DNA of 64,000 nt from Candidatus Latescibacterota bacterium (GTDB taxonomy: Bacteria > Latescibacterota > UBA2968 > UBA8231), in the NCBI GenBank assembly GCA_965221775.1, contig CBDCSU010000006.1, positions 2,208,001-2,272,000 on the forward strand. The letters run 5' to 3'. Position numbers and translations under genes: made by a program. The notes beneath the pieces were generated by a model. That model was given only the letters and a program-made list of their open reading frames with translations, made no database searches and was not told the DNA's origin. Positions 37,347-47,093 of this stretch are shown piece by piece; within the stretch, counting starts at the first letter, position 1; each line of letters begins with the position of its first letter.

Positions 37347-38471
37347 ATGAAGATGTCGAAGATCCCCGGGTCGAGCGGGTGGCCCCTGCTGGCGCTGGTG
37401 CTGCTGGCCGCGTGCGGCCCGTCCGAGGAGAGGGAGTGGCAGGACGCCAGGATGAAGCGCAGCGCCGAGGCGTATGAGCAGTTCCTGGAGAAATACCCCG
37501 AGGGCGAGTTCGCCGCCGACGCCCGCGAGGCGCTGGAGACCCTGCGCTTCAAGCAGGCCCAGAAGGAGAACACCCTCGACGCTTTCACCGGATTCCTCGA
37601 GCTCCATCCCGACGGCCAGCATGCCGAGGAGGCCACCCGGACGGTGGAGATGATGCACTGGGTCCAGGCCCAGAGGCAGAACACCCAGGGCTCCTACGAG
37701 CGCTACCTCGAGAAGTACCCCGAGGGCCGCTTCGCCGACGACGCCGGGGAGCGGATCGCCCCCTTCCTGCTGGCCGGGCTCGCCCGCAGCCGCGAGCCCG
37801 CCGACTTCGAGGCCTTCCTGGAGCGCAATCCCGAGGGGGCGGCGGCGGACCACGCCCGCTCCCTCCTCGAGCGGCTGGTCTACCAGGAGGCGCGCGCGGC
37901 GGGCACGCCGGAGGCTTACCAAGCCTTCCTGGAGCGTTTCCCGGAGGGCAGGTACGCCGAAGAGGCGAGGCGCCGGGGAGCTCCCGGGATCCGTGCCGCC
38001 GCCGGCGAGTCGCGCTTGTGGACGCACTACGACGGCGGTGCGCCGGCCGGGTCCGGTGAAGGCTGGTCCTTCGCCGCGGGAGGCCCGCCCGCCGTGGTCT
38101 CCTACGGCGAGGGCGAGGCGCCGGCGCCGCGGACCGGGGCCTGGCGCGAGGTGATCGTCCGGCTCGAGAACAAGGCGTCCGAGAGCCGGAGCCTCACCTT
38201 CGAGGAAACGCTGGCCACGGGTTCGAGCGCCCTGGTCGCCGATGGCCGGCGGACGCTGGAGCGGCCGGTGGAGTTGCAGGCCTTCCGGATTCCCGGCACC
38301 CCGGCGGAGGCGGCCTCGCTGCTGGCCCCGGAGCTTGCGGGGGCGCTGGAGCTGCGCCTCGGCGCCGGCGGCAAGACCTGGCTCCTGCTGCTGTTCGATG
38401 TCCCTCCCAACCGCAACTCCCTGACGGTCGAGGTGGCGGGCCTGGACCCCGTGGAATTCGCCCTGCAGTAG
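37347..38471 (+). CDS. Lipoprotein with five (Y/F)xxFLE.(Y/H)PxG helical repeats
   Basis: GAGGAG RBS; lipobox LAAC; repeats EAYEQFLEKYPEG, DAFTGFLELHPDG, GSYERYLEKYPEG, ADFEAFLERNPEG, EAYQAFLERFPEG. Confidence 0.75.
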   Translation: MKMSKIPGSSGWPLLALVLLAACGPSEEREWQDARMKRSAEAYEQFLEKYPEGEFAADAREALETLRFKQAQKENTLDAFTGFLELHPDGQHAEEATRTVEMMHWVQAQRQNTQGSYERYLEKYPEGRFADDAGERIAPFLLAGLARSREPADFEAFLERNPEGAAADHARSLLERLVYQEARAAGTPEAYQAFLERFPEGRYAEEARRRGAPGIRAAAGESRLWTHYDGGAPAGSGEGWSFAAGGPPAVVSYGEGEAPAPRTGAWREVIVRLENKASESRSLTFEETLATGSSALVADGRRTLERPVELQAFRIPGTPAEAASLLAPELAGALELRLGAGGKTWLLLLFDVPPNRNSLTVEVAGLDPVEFALQ

Positions 38472-38484
38472 GGGACACGGGCGC

Positions 38485-39642
38485 GTGAGGGGGGTGCGGG
38501 GCAAGGTCCTGCTGGCGGTCGGCGGCCTGACGGCCGGCCTGCTGCTGAGCGAAGGGCTGCTCGCCTGGTGGAAGCCGCAGGTTTCCCGCCAGCCCTCCCT
38601 GTGGCGCTTCGACGACCGGCTGGGATGGCACCACGTCCCCGGCGCCTCGGGGTGGATGCGGCGGCCGGAGTTCGAGGTCGAGATGCGCATCAACGCCGAC
38701 GGGCTGCGGGACCGGGAGTATCCGCTGGACAGGCCGTCCGGCGGCTGGAGGCTCCTGGTCTTCGGCGACTCCTTCGTCGAGGGCTGGGGGGTGCAGGCGG
38801 AGGACGCGGTGAGCAGCCGGCTGGAGGCGAGGCTGCAGTCCGAGGCGCCCGGCACCCCGGTGGAGGCGATCAACTTCGGCGTGGCGGGGTACGGCACCGA
38901 CCAGGAGCTGCTCCTCTTCGAGCAGTCGGGCAGGCGCTACCGGCCCGATCAGGTGCTCCTGTTCTTCTACGCCAACGACCTGATCAACAACGCCAGCGAC
39001 AAGGGGATCGGCTCGGAGCGCGGGTACAAGCCGTACTTCCGCGTCGATCCGCGGGGGCGGCTGCGCCTCCTCGGGGTGCCGGTGAAGAGGAGCCGCTTCT
39101 GGGACGGATCGAGCGCCTGGCCGTGGGAGCACCGCCTGGACAAGTACCTCAAGGAGCGTCTCCACGTGTACGCCGCGGTGCGCAAGGCCTTCTCCGGCGC
39201 GGGGGTGCCCGAAGGGTCCCGGCAGCGCTTCTACGAGGTCCTCTACGGGGTGGAGGACGATCCGGCGGCCGAGCGCTACTGGCGGCTCACGGGGCAGATC
39301 CTGCGGGCCTTCCGGGAGAGCGCCTCGAGGGCCGGGGCCGAGCTGATCCTGGTGTACGCGCCGGCCATCGTGCAGGTGGAGGAGGAGAACTGGCGGATGA
39401 AGCGGGACCTCTTCGGGCTCATCGGCGAGTTCGACCTGGACAAGCCCAACCGCCGCCTGGCGGCGGCGGCGGCCCGCGACGGCATCCCGCTGCTGGACCT
39501 GTCTCCGGCGTTCCGCAAGCACACCGGGCCCCGGCGCCTCTACTACGAAGAGAGCCACTGGACGCCGGAGGGCCACGCCCTGGCGGCGCGTCTGGCGGCC
39601 GACTACCTGCTCCAGCGGCGGCGGCAGGAGGCCTCCCGCTAG
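38485..39642 (+). CDS. SGNH/GDSL hydrolase family (AlgX/AlgJ-like), membrane anchored
   Basis: FGDSFVEG, NFGVAGYGTDQ, YAND, ESHWTPEGH. Confidence 0.85.
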   Translation: MRGVRGKVLLAVGGLTAGLLLSEGLLAWWKPQVSRQPSLWRFDDRLGWHHVPGASGWMRRPEFEVEMRINADGLRDREYPLDRPSGGWRLLVFGDSFVEGWGVQAEDAVSSRLEARLQSEAPGTPVEAINFGVAGYGTDQELLLFEQSGRRYRPDQVLLFFYANDLINNASDKGIGSERGYKPYFRVDPRGRLRLLGVPVKRSRFWDGSSAWPWEHRLDKYLKERLHVYAAVRKAFSGAGVPEGSRQRFYEVLYGVEDDPAAERYWRLTGQILRAFRESASRAGAELILVYAPAIVQVEEENWRMKRDLFGLIGEFDLDKPNRRLAAAAARDGIPLLDLSPAFRKHTGPRRLYYEESHWTPEGHALAARLAADYLLQRRRQEASR

Positions 39643-39737
39643 CCCGTGGGAGGCGGCGTCCCGGTTGTCCCCGCCAGGCCCGGAGGGCCCGAAGGCCGCC
39701 CGCCAGGCGCGCCGCCGCCGGGGGGCGGTGAGCGCCG

Positions 39738-40979
39738 ATGAGCGCCGTCGCCGCGGTGTGCGGCTTCCGGCCGCGCAGCTTCAACCGCAACGTCCGGTCG
39801 TTCTACCTCTACGGGTTGTCCATCAACGCCGGGATGACCCTCTACTGGCTGCTCTACAACCTCTACCTGCTGCGCCTGAGCTACCAGGAGGACTTCATCG
39901 GCCAGATGGCGAGCATGGCGCCCCTGGCCACGGCCCTGCTGGCCCTGCCCACGGGGGTGCTCAGCGACCGCCTGGGGCGCCGCCCCTTCCTGATCGCCTC
40001 GGGTCTGCTCCTGGCCCTGTCGCAGGTGGGGCTGTGCCTGTCCACGGCCTCCACCGCCCTGCTGGCCTTCTCCTTCGTCGGCGGCGTGGCCAACGCCTTC
40101 ATCTGGGTCAACCACGTGCCCTTCCTCTCCGACAACGCCCATCCCTCCCGGCGCGCCGAGGCGATCGTCGTCTGGTCGGCGGTGCAGATCGTGGTGCGTA
40201 TGCTCCTGAGCCTCGTGGGCGGCTTCCTCCCCGGAGCGATGGCCTGGTTCCTCGGGACCTCCACCGAGCTGCCCGAGCCCTTCCGCTACGCCCTGTTCCT
40301 CGGGGCCGCCTGCTCCCTGGTCTCGGTGGTGCCCCTGCTGCGCATCCGCCGGCAGCCGGATGCGGCGCCGGTGCCGGAGCGAGACCCGGACGAGGGGGAG
40401 GACCCCCGCCGGCCGAGGGGCGTCTTCGCCGTCGTCGCCGTCACCGCCGGCATGCGCGGCTTCTCCATGGGGCTCACCTACCCCTTCTTCAACGTCTTCT
40501 TCGAGGAGGAGCTGCACATCGGCCCGGCGGCGATCGGCGCCGTGTTCTTCCTCAGCCACCTCGTGGGCCTGCCCTTCACCTTCAGCGTGCCGGCCCTGGT
40601 GCGCCGCTTCGGCGCCACCCTGACGATCCTGGCCAGCCGGGCGGTCTCCGGCGGAGCGGTGGGGATCATGGGCGCCCTCGTCACCCTGCCGGTGGCGCTC
40701 CCCATGTTCCTGCTGGCGCGCGCCGGTGAGGTCATCGACATCCCAGCCGACCAGCACTTCACCACCCGGGTGCTGCCGCGGCGCTACTGGGCGAGGGTCC
40801 AGTCCATCCGCGTCTGCGGCTTCCAGCTGCTGGCCTTCCTCGGCAGCCTGGCCGGCGGCGTCCTCATCCTCGAGCACGGCTACCTCCTGGTCTTCGGGCT
40901 GGCCGCTCTCTCGCGGACGGCGAGCGGACTGGTCATGGCGGCCTGGTTCGGGATGAGGCCGGACCGAGCGGCGCCATGA
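39738..40979 (+). CDS. MFS transporter
   Basis: 12 TM helices; GVLSDRLGRR motif A. Confidence 0.88.
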   Translation: MSAVAAVCGFRPRSFNRNVRSFYLYGLSINAGMTLYWLLYNLYLLRLSYQEDFIGQMASMAPLATALLALPTGVLSDRLGRRPFLIASGLLLALSQVGLCLSTASTALLAFSFVGGVANAFIWVNHVPFLSDNAHPSRRAEAIVVWSAVQIVVRMLLSLVGGFLPGAMAWFLGTSTELPEPFRYALFLGAACSLVSVVPLLRIRRQPDAAPVPERDPDEGEDPRRPRGVFAVVAVTAGMRGFSMGLTYPFFNVFFEEELHIGPAAIGAVFFLSHLVGLPFTFSVPALVRRFGATLTILASRAVSGGAVGIMGALVTLPVALPMFLLARAGEVIDIPADQHFTTRVLPRRYWARVQSIRVCGFQLLAFLGSLAGGVLILEHGYLLVFGLAALSRTASGLVMAAWFGMRPDRAAP

Positions 40980-42583
40980 GTCCGGGTCCCGAGGGCTCGG
41001 CGCGAGGCCGCCGCAAGGTCCTGGCCACGGGTGGACTCGCCCATGCCATCCACGACGGTTTCACCGACTGCATCTACGTGCTGCTGCCGATGTGGGCGGC
41101 GGCCTTCGCCCTGACCCACACCGAGGTGGGGGCCCTCAAGCTGGTCATGTCGGGCTTTCTGGCGGCGACCCAGGTGCCGGCAGGCATCGTCGCCGAGCGC
41201 TACGGAGAGCGGGCCGTGCTCGTCGTCGGCACGGTCCTGGCCGGGGTCGCCTACGTGCTGCTGGGGTGGGCGGGCGGCTTCCTGAGCCTGGCCGCCTTCC
41301 TGGTGGTGGCGGGAACGGGCTGCGGCACCCAGCACCCCCTGGTCTCGGCCATCATCTCGAGGGCCTACCCGGCGTCGGGGCGGCGGGCGGCGCTGGGCAC
41401 CTACAACTTCACCGGGGACCTCGGCAAGGTGGTGGCGCCGGCGGCGGTGGCGGCGGGGGCGGCGGCGTACGGCTGGCCGGCGAGCGCCGCGGCGTACGGG
41501 ATCTTCGCCCTCTGCGGCGCCGCCGCCCTGGGGGCGCTGCTCCCGGGGAGGACCGCCTCGCCCAGGGAAGCGGAGCCCCGGCCGCGGAGGCAGGAGCCGA
41601 AGGGATGGGGCATCACCGACCGGCGCGGCTTCGCCATCCTCTCCGCCATCGGCATGATCGACAGCGGCGCCCGCCTCTCCTTCCTCACCTACCTGCCCTT
41701 CCTGCTGGTGGAGAAGGGCGCCTCGATCGCGACGATCGGCCAGGCCCTGGCGCTGGTCTTCGCCGGAGGGGCTGCCGGCAAGCTGGTCTGCGGCCACGTG
41801 GCCGAGCGCGCCGGCATCCTGCGCACGGTGGTCCTCACCGAGGCCGCCACCACGGCGCTCATCGCTGCCGCCATCCTGCTGCCCCTGGACATGACGATGG
41901 CGGTCCTGCCACTGCTCGGGGTAGCCCTCAACGGCACCTCCTCCGTACTCTACGGGACGATCGGCGACTTCGTGGAAGGCGACCGCCAGGCTCGCGCCTA
42001 CGGCCTGTTCTACACCCTGGGGATCGGCGCCGGCGCGGTCTCCCCCCTGGTCTTCGGCGTGGTCAGCGACCTGTGGGGCGTGGCCACGGCCCTGGCGGCG
42101 ATCGCCGGGTTCGTGGTCCCCGTGCTGCCCATGTGCCGGGTGCTGGGGCCGCGCCTGCGGGGAGCGGACTCGGAGCGGCGGCTGGTGCTGAGGCCGGCGA
42201 AAGCCGAGGATTCGGAGTTCGCCTTCGGCGTGAGGGCGGCGGCGTTTGGGTGGGACGAGGGCGAGGAGCGCCGGCGGCACGAGAGGCGCTTCCGGGAGCA
42301 GGAGTTCGAGGTGATCGAATGGGAGGGTGAACCCGCCGGCATCGTGGCCCTGGCCATGTCCGAGAACTGCCTGTGGCTGAAGCAGATCTGCATCGCTCCG
42401 AGCCACCAGGGGCGGGGCATCGGCGGCGCTTGCCTGCGGCGGCTGCTCGAGCGCGCCGAAAAGCGCGGCGTGCCGGTGCGCCTGCAGTCGCTGAAGGTCA
42501 ACCCGCGGGCCCTGGCCTTCTACGAGCGTCACGGCTTCCGCCGCACCGGCGAGACCGACACCCACTACCTGCTGGAGCATTGA
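40976..42583 (+). CDS. MFS transporter (Fsr-like) fused to a C-terminal GNAT acetyltransferase
   Basis: HAIHDGF, QHP, GTYNFTGDLGK; C-terminal LRPA...ICIAPSHQGRGIG...NPRALAFYERHGF. Confidence 0.82.
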   Translation: MSPGPEGSARGRRKVLATGGLAHAIHDGFTDCIYVLLPMWAAAFALTHTEVGALKLVMSGFLAATQVPAGIVAERYGERAVLVVGTVLAGVAYVLLGWAGGFLSLAAFLVVAGTGCGTQHPLVSAIISRAYPASGRRAALGTYNFTGDLGKVVAPAAVAAGAAAYGWPASAAAYGIFALCGAAALGALLPGRTASPREAEPRPRRQEPKGWGITDRRGFAILSAIGMIDSGARLSFLTYLPFLLVEKGASIATIGQALALVFAGGAAGKLVCGHVAERAGILRTVVLTEAATTALIAAAILLPLDMTMAVLPLLGVALNGTSSVLYGTIGDFVEGDRQARAYGLFYTLGIGAGAVSPLVFGVVSDLWGVATALAAIAGFVVPVLPMCRVLGPRLRGADSERRLVLRPAKAEDSEFAFGVRAAAFGWDEGEERRRHERRFREQEFEVIEWEGEPAGIVALAMSENCLWLKQICIAPSHQGRGIGGACLRRLLERAEKRGVPVRLQSLKVNPRALAFYERHGFRRTGETDTHYLLEH

Positions 42584-42596
42584 AAGGGACCCCGAA

Positions 42597-44165
42597 ATGA
42601 TGGCGCGGCTCTCCGGCCTGGTCCTGCTGCTCCTCGGCGCCTCCGTCCAGAACGGCTCGGCCCGCGAGCATGCCGTTATGATGGGCGAGGCCGTCCTGTC
42701 CGGCGGCATCGCCTGGTCGCCCGACGGCGCCTGGCTGGCGGTGCCGGGCAGCTCGGGCATCTGGCTCCATGATGCGCGCGGCGGACGGCTCGAGATCCAT
42801 CACGACGCGGGTCTGGCCAGGTCCGTTGCGTTCTCGCCGGACAGCGGGACCCTGGCCGCCGGCATCGGCAGCGAGGTCCGGCTGTGGGAGGTCGACACCG
42901 GCCAGCCGAAGGCCGGCTGGGACGGCCAGACCTTCCTTCGGTCCGTTGCGTTCTCGCCGGACGGCGGAACCCTGGCCGGCGGCGGAGGGGATCACGCGAT
43001 CCGGTTGTGGGAGGTGGAGAGCGGCCGGCTCGAGGCGACTCTCGAAGGACATGCGGGCGAGGTCGAGTCCGTCGCGTTCTCAGCGGACGGCGGGACCCTG
43101 GCCAGCGGCGGCGGCGACTACACCGTCCGGTTGTGGGATCTGGAGACCGCCGCGCAGAGAGCCGTCCTTCAGGGGCATTCGGGCCGGATCGAGTCCGTCG
43201 CGTTCTCGCCGGACGCCAGGACCGTGGCCAGCGGCGGTTGGGACGGGACCGTCCGCCTGTGGGATGCGGAGACCGGACAGCCCGGGGCCATCCTGGAAGG
43301 GCGGGGGAGGTACGGGTCCGCCGGCTGGGTCTGGTCCGTGGCGTTCGTGGATGACGGGACGGTGGTCAGCGGCCATGACGATGGGATCCGGTTGTGGGAT
43401 GGGGAGACCGGCCGGCTCGAGTCCACCCTCACCCTCGACGGACACACGAGCTGGGTGTCGTCGGTGGCGGTCTCTCCCGACGGCAGGACCCTGGCCAGCG
43501 GCAGCCGGAGCGGCGGGGAGAGCCGCAGCGACGGCCGGTTCTACACGGTGCTGCCGTGGGATCTCAAGCCCCGCGCAAAGGTGGAGGCCAGGGTGACGGG
43601 TGCGGGGGCCGCGGGCCTGAACATCGACTTCTCCAGGAGCATCTCGGGCCGCCGGCCGCACTACGCCTGGAGCGCCGTCACCGACGCGTCCGGGCGCCTG
43701 CGACTGACCCTCTTCGGCGGAGCCACCGGTCTCTACCAGGCCCGCGCCATGACGACTGCCGGCGAGGCGGTGGCCAGTTGGTACAGCCTGCCCATCAACA
43801 GTCACAGGCTGGAGTCGCTGAACCTGACCGGTCCGGTGGCGGCCGGCCCGGCTCCGGCGGGCAAGGCGGCGGCTTCCGGGGAGGCGGCCGGGAGCGAGTT
43901 GCACCCGAACACGCCGAATCCCTTCAACGCCGGCACGCAGATCGCCTACCGGCTGGCCGACGCCGGCCCGGTGCGGCTGAGGATCTACAATCTCCTGGGC
44001 CAGCCGGTGCATACGCTGGTGGACGAGGTCCAGCCCGCGGGGGAGCACCGGCTGTCCTGGGACGGACGCGACCTGCGCGGCGCCGCGGTGGCGGCGGGCA
44101 TCTATGTCGTACGGCTGGACCATCCCGGAGGCGTGCAGACCCGGAGAGTGATGTGCCTCAAGTAG
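42597..44165 (+). CDS. Secreted WD40-repeat protein with C-terminal FlgD-Ig/T9SS-type domain
   Basis: About 7 SVAFSPDG..LASG...RLWD repeats; NTPNPFNAGTQIAY...IYNLLGQ...WDGRD..G..VAAGIY. Confidence 0.9.
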   Translation: MMARLSGLVLLLLGASVQNGSAREHAVMMGEAVLSGGIAWSPDGAWLAVPGSSGIWLHDARGGRLEIHHDAGLARSVAFSPDSGTLAAGIGSEVRLWEVDTGQPKAGWDGQTFLRSVAFSPDGGTLAGGGGDHAIRLWEVESGRLEATLEGHAGEVESVAFSADGGTLASGGGDYTVRLWDLETAAQRAVLQGHSGRIESVAFSPDARTVASGGWDGTVRLWDAETGQPGAILEGRGRYGSAGWVWSVAFVDDGTVVSGHDDGIRLWDGETGRLESTLTLDGHTSWVSSVAVSPDGRTLASGSRSGGESRSDGRFYTVLPWDLKPRAKVEARVTGAGAAGLNIDFSRSISGRRPHYAWSAVTDASGRLRLTLFGGATGLYQARAMTTAGEAVASWYSLPINSHRLESLNLTGPVAAGPAPAGKAAASGEAAGSELHPNTPNPFNAGTQIAYRLADAGPVRLRIYNLLGQPVHTLVDEVQPAGEHRLSWDGRDLRGAAVAAGIYVVRLDHPGGVQTRRVMCLK

Positions 44166-44218
44166 GCGGGCGGCCCGGGAGCCGCCGGACCGGCTTGACC
44201 ACGGAAAGGAACCCTGCC

Positions 44219-44956
44219 ATGCGCGTCGTATGGAACACGCTCCTCGTCCTCGCCTGTCTCCTCGGGCACGGGGTGACCGCGGCCGGAGCGCAGGACGCCT
44301 CCTCTTTCGTCGTCGATGGAGACTGGCGCGACTGGGGCGGCGGCGGACCGGGTGAAGGGGACGAGCTATACGACGTCGCCCCCGACTCCAACAACACCAT
44401 AGATGTCATCACCTACGCCTACGGACACGGCTCCTTCGGCGAGCGCCGCCTCTTCACCTTCATCTTCCGGTTCCTGGAGGCTCCCTTCCAGGGATCCAGC
44501 GACACCTCGGTGCAACTGTTCTTCGACGTATCGGCGGACACGACCCAGGGCGAGGCCCAGCCTCCGTGGGTTGCCTTTCTCCCCGAGTACCAGATCGAGA
44601 TCGTCGGCCGCGACGGCGGCCTCACGACGGAGATCCACCGCCGTCTCGCCGGCGATGAGTGGGTCGTGACCGAAGGGGACGACATCGCCGAGGTGGAGGT
44701 GGCCCTGTCGGGTGAGTGGCTGGAAGGAGCGGTCCCCTGGCCGGCGCTGGGCGATCCCGGGACCACGGCGGAAGAGGAAGAGCGGGGGTACTGGCATTTC
44801 AAGTGGACGGTCCGGACGGGCCAGGACGGCTCCCATGACTACGTGCCGGACGGCACGAGCTATCCGGGAGTGCCGTGGGGTCCCATGGGAGGGCGCGTCT
44901 CGACCATGGTCTCCTCCGGAGGCTGGGGGTGGATCAAGAACGGAGTGTCGGAGTGA
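44219..44956 (+). CDS. Secreted hypothetical protein with C-terminal ..WGWIK motif
   Basis: AAGGA RBS, ATG 44219, signal peptide, VDGDWRDW start of mature domain. Confidence 0.7.
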   Translation: MRVVWNTLLVLACLLGHGVTAAGAQDASSFVVDGDWRDWGGGGPGEGDELYDVAPDSNNTIDVITYAYGHGSFGERRLFTFIFRFLEAPFQGSSDTSVQLFFDVSADTTQGEAQPPWVAFLPEYQIEIVGRDGGLTTEIHRRLAGDEWVVTEGDDIAEVEVALSGEWLEGAVPWPALGDPGTTAEEEERGYWHFKWTVRTGQDGSHDYVPDGTSYPGVPWGPMGGRVSTMVSSGGWGWIKNGVSE

Positions 44957-47088
44957 GGGTCCTCGGGCTGCCGCGTCTTGCGCTGTTGTTCCTGTGCCCC
45001 GGCATGGGGCTGGCGCAGGAGGAGTTTCCCATCGGGGCCTGGTTCCCGGGTCTGTTCAACGACCAGTCCGAGCGGTTCGCAGAGCGCCTCGACCAGGTCG
45101 AGGCGGCCCACTTCAACACGATCCACTCCGCCATCGAGGTCAGGAATGACGCCGCCGTCAACCGCGTCTTCATGGACCTCGCCCACGAGCGGGGGCTGAG
45201 GGTCCAGCTCTACAGCTGGAACGTGCCTCCCGGGTGGAGGGCCGCCAGCCGCCGCTACTGGACCAAGTCCCTGGAAGCGACGAGCCCCAGGTACTTCGTC
45301 CATCCCGTGGGAGAGCGGGCCGGAGGCGCATGGTTCGCCAATACCGGGGAGCACACCCCCGGCCTGATGCTGGACACGCCGTCCGAGGGCCGCGGCATCT
45401 TCCTGCGCTACCGGGAGCAGAAGCTGAACAGCCGGGGCCAGATCGTGGCCCCCAGGGCGCGGTACGTGGTCCATGTCTTCCGCATGAAGACCGACGACAA
45501 TGCCGGCGCCGACATAGTCGCCACCCTGCGCATTCTGCGACACTCGGATGGAGCCGTGCTGCGCACGCGAAGCGTGCGCAAGCTGCAGTTCCATGCCGCC
45601 GACACGTACCAGGACTTCGTGCTCAGGTATGTCCCGGCTGCCAACACCTATGTCAGGTACCAGGTGGAGTGGACCGGAGCGGCGAACCTCTGGGTGGACC
45701 AGATCCGGGCCCACGACGACTACTCCCACAGGCTCTTCGCGGGGCACCATGACGAGGCGATCCGGAGCGACCTGGCCGCCTATGACGGTGTCTCCGCCCC
45801 CGAGCCATGGCGGTTCTATGCCGACGACGAGCCCCAGTGGACGGAGAAGGACGAGAGCGTCGCCTACGTGAACCGCTTCATCAGGGAGCAGACCGGCAAG
45901 TCGGGGGTGGTGGCCTTCAACCGGCCGCAAAGGGACCTGCTGCGGCACTTCGTGGGCACGGTGGAGCCTTCGGAACTCCTGGTGGACTTCTACACCTTCG
46001 GGCTCAACGTGCCGAGCCCCGGTCAGAGTGGCTATGCCGCCGGTCTGCAGGGCGCCCTGGCCAGTCTCGTCTCCTGGTACGGGACCGCGCGGGAGGTGGT
46101 CCGGGAGGCGGGCATCCCGCTGTGGGTCCTCGTACAGGCCCATAGCTGGCCCGGCGGCCTGCGGGACCCGTCACCGCAGGAGATCCGCGTCCAGGTTCAC
46201 CTGGCCCTGGCCCACGGTGCCAAGGGCATCTACTACTTCATGTACTCCAGCCACACCAACGACGATGGCCGGCCCGACCTGCAGGGCCTGGTGGACCCAC
46301 ACTACAGAATCACCCCCAAATGGCGCGAAGTACAGGCCCTCAACCGGATGTTGCAGGAACACCAGGACACCCTCCTGCGGCTGGCTTCCGAGGCTGTCTT
46401 CGCCGGCGATGCGCCAACATCGTTCGTGCAGGGCCTCTCGGATCCGTCCGACTACCACCTCGGCACCTTCACCCACGCCGATGGAACCCGCTACCTGATG
46501 GTGGTCAACCGCCGCTGCCAACCCTCCCGCAACGTTCGCACAGTGACCATCGACCTGGATCCCTCTCGCCTGAACGGACCGGGTCGTCCCTACCTGGTGA
46601 GGGAGCTCTACGAGAAAGACGCGGTCGTCACCAACGGCGCCTTCCCCTCCGTTACCGCCTCCTTCGCTCCGGGTGAGGGCAAGCTGTTCCGGGTCGAGCC
46701 GTGGCCGGATCAGGTCACGCTGACCGGCGACGTGACGATTCCCGCGGGGGTGAAGCTCACCCTCCCCGAGGGCGGCACCGTGGTCTTCGCCCCGGGCGAC
46801 GAGACCGGGGGCGGTGAGGACGAGATGCGCTCGGAAGTCATCGTCGAGGGGGCTCTCGACGCCGGCGCGGGGGGCGTCACCTTCCGGTCATCGGATGACG
46901 CCGACAGTTCGTCGGGCAGCTGGTACGGCATCCGCGTGGCCCCGACGGGTCATGCCGACTTGTCCGGCGCCACGATCCGGGGCGGACTCCGCTGCGTCGA
47001 GGCCTGGGAGGCGAGCACCCTCGATGTGACGGGCGCGAACCTGGTCGACTGCGGCGAGGGGATCGCGCGGCTCCCGGCGGCGCCCTGA
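44953..47088 (+). CDS. Secreted putative glycoside hydrolase (GH-A-like barrel) with C-terminal beta-helix-like segment
   Basis: GTG 44953; FPIGAW, YADDEP, VDFY, VQAH, PSPQEIRVQVHLALAHGAKGIYYF. Confidence 0.6.
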   Translation: MRVLGLPRLALLFLCPGMGLAQEEFPIGAWFPGLFNDQSERFAERLDQVEAAHFNTIHSAIEVRNDAAVNRVFMDLAHERGLRVQLYSWNVPPGWRAASRRYWTKSLEATSPRYFVHPVGERAGGAWFANTGEHTPGLMLDTPSEGRGIFLRYREQKLNSRGQIVAPRARYVVHVFRMKTDDNAGADIVATLRILRHSDGAVLRTRSVRKLQFHAADTYQDFVLRYVPAANTYVRYQVEWTGAANLWVDQIRAHDDYSHRLFAGHHDEAIRSDLAAYDGVSAPEPWRFYADDEPQWTEKDESVAYVNRFIREQTGKSGVVAFNRPQRDLLRHFVGTVEPSELLVDFYTFGLNVPSPGQSGYAAGLQGALASLVSWYGTAREVVREAGIPLWVLVQAHSWPGGLRDPSPQEIRVQVHLALAHGAKGIYYFMYSSHTNDDGRPDLQGLVDPHYRITPKWREVQALNRMLQEHQDTLLRLASEAVFAGDAPTSFVQGLSDPSDYHLGTFTHADGTRYLMVVNRRCQPSRNVRTVTIDLDPSRLNGPGRPYLVRELYEKDAVVTNGAFPSVTASFAPGEGKLFRVEPWPDQVTLTGDVTIPAGVKLTLPEGGTVVFAPGDETGGGEDEMRSEVIVEGALDAGAGGVTFRSSDDADSSSGSWYGIRVAPTGHADLSGATIRGGLRCVEAWEASTLDVTGANLVDCGEGIARLPAAP

Positions 47089-47093
47089 GCCGA

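Noticed and set aside
39643-39737. GC-rich intergenic stretch resembling a REP element
   Set aside because: No convincing second copy in the window and no clean palindrome
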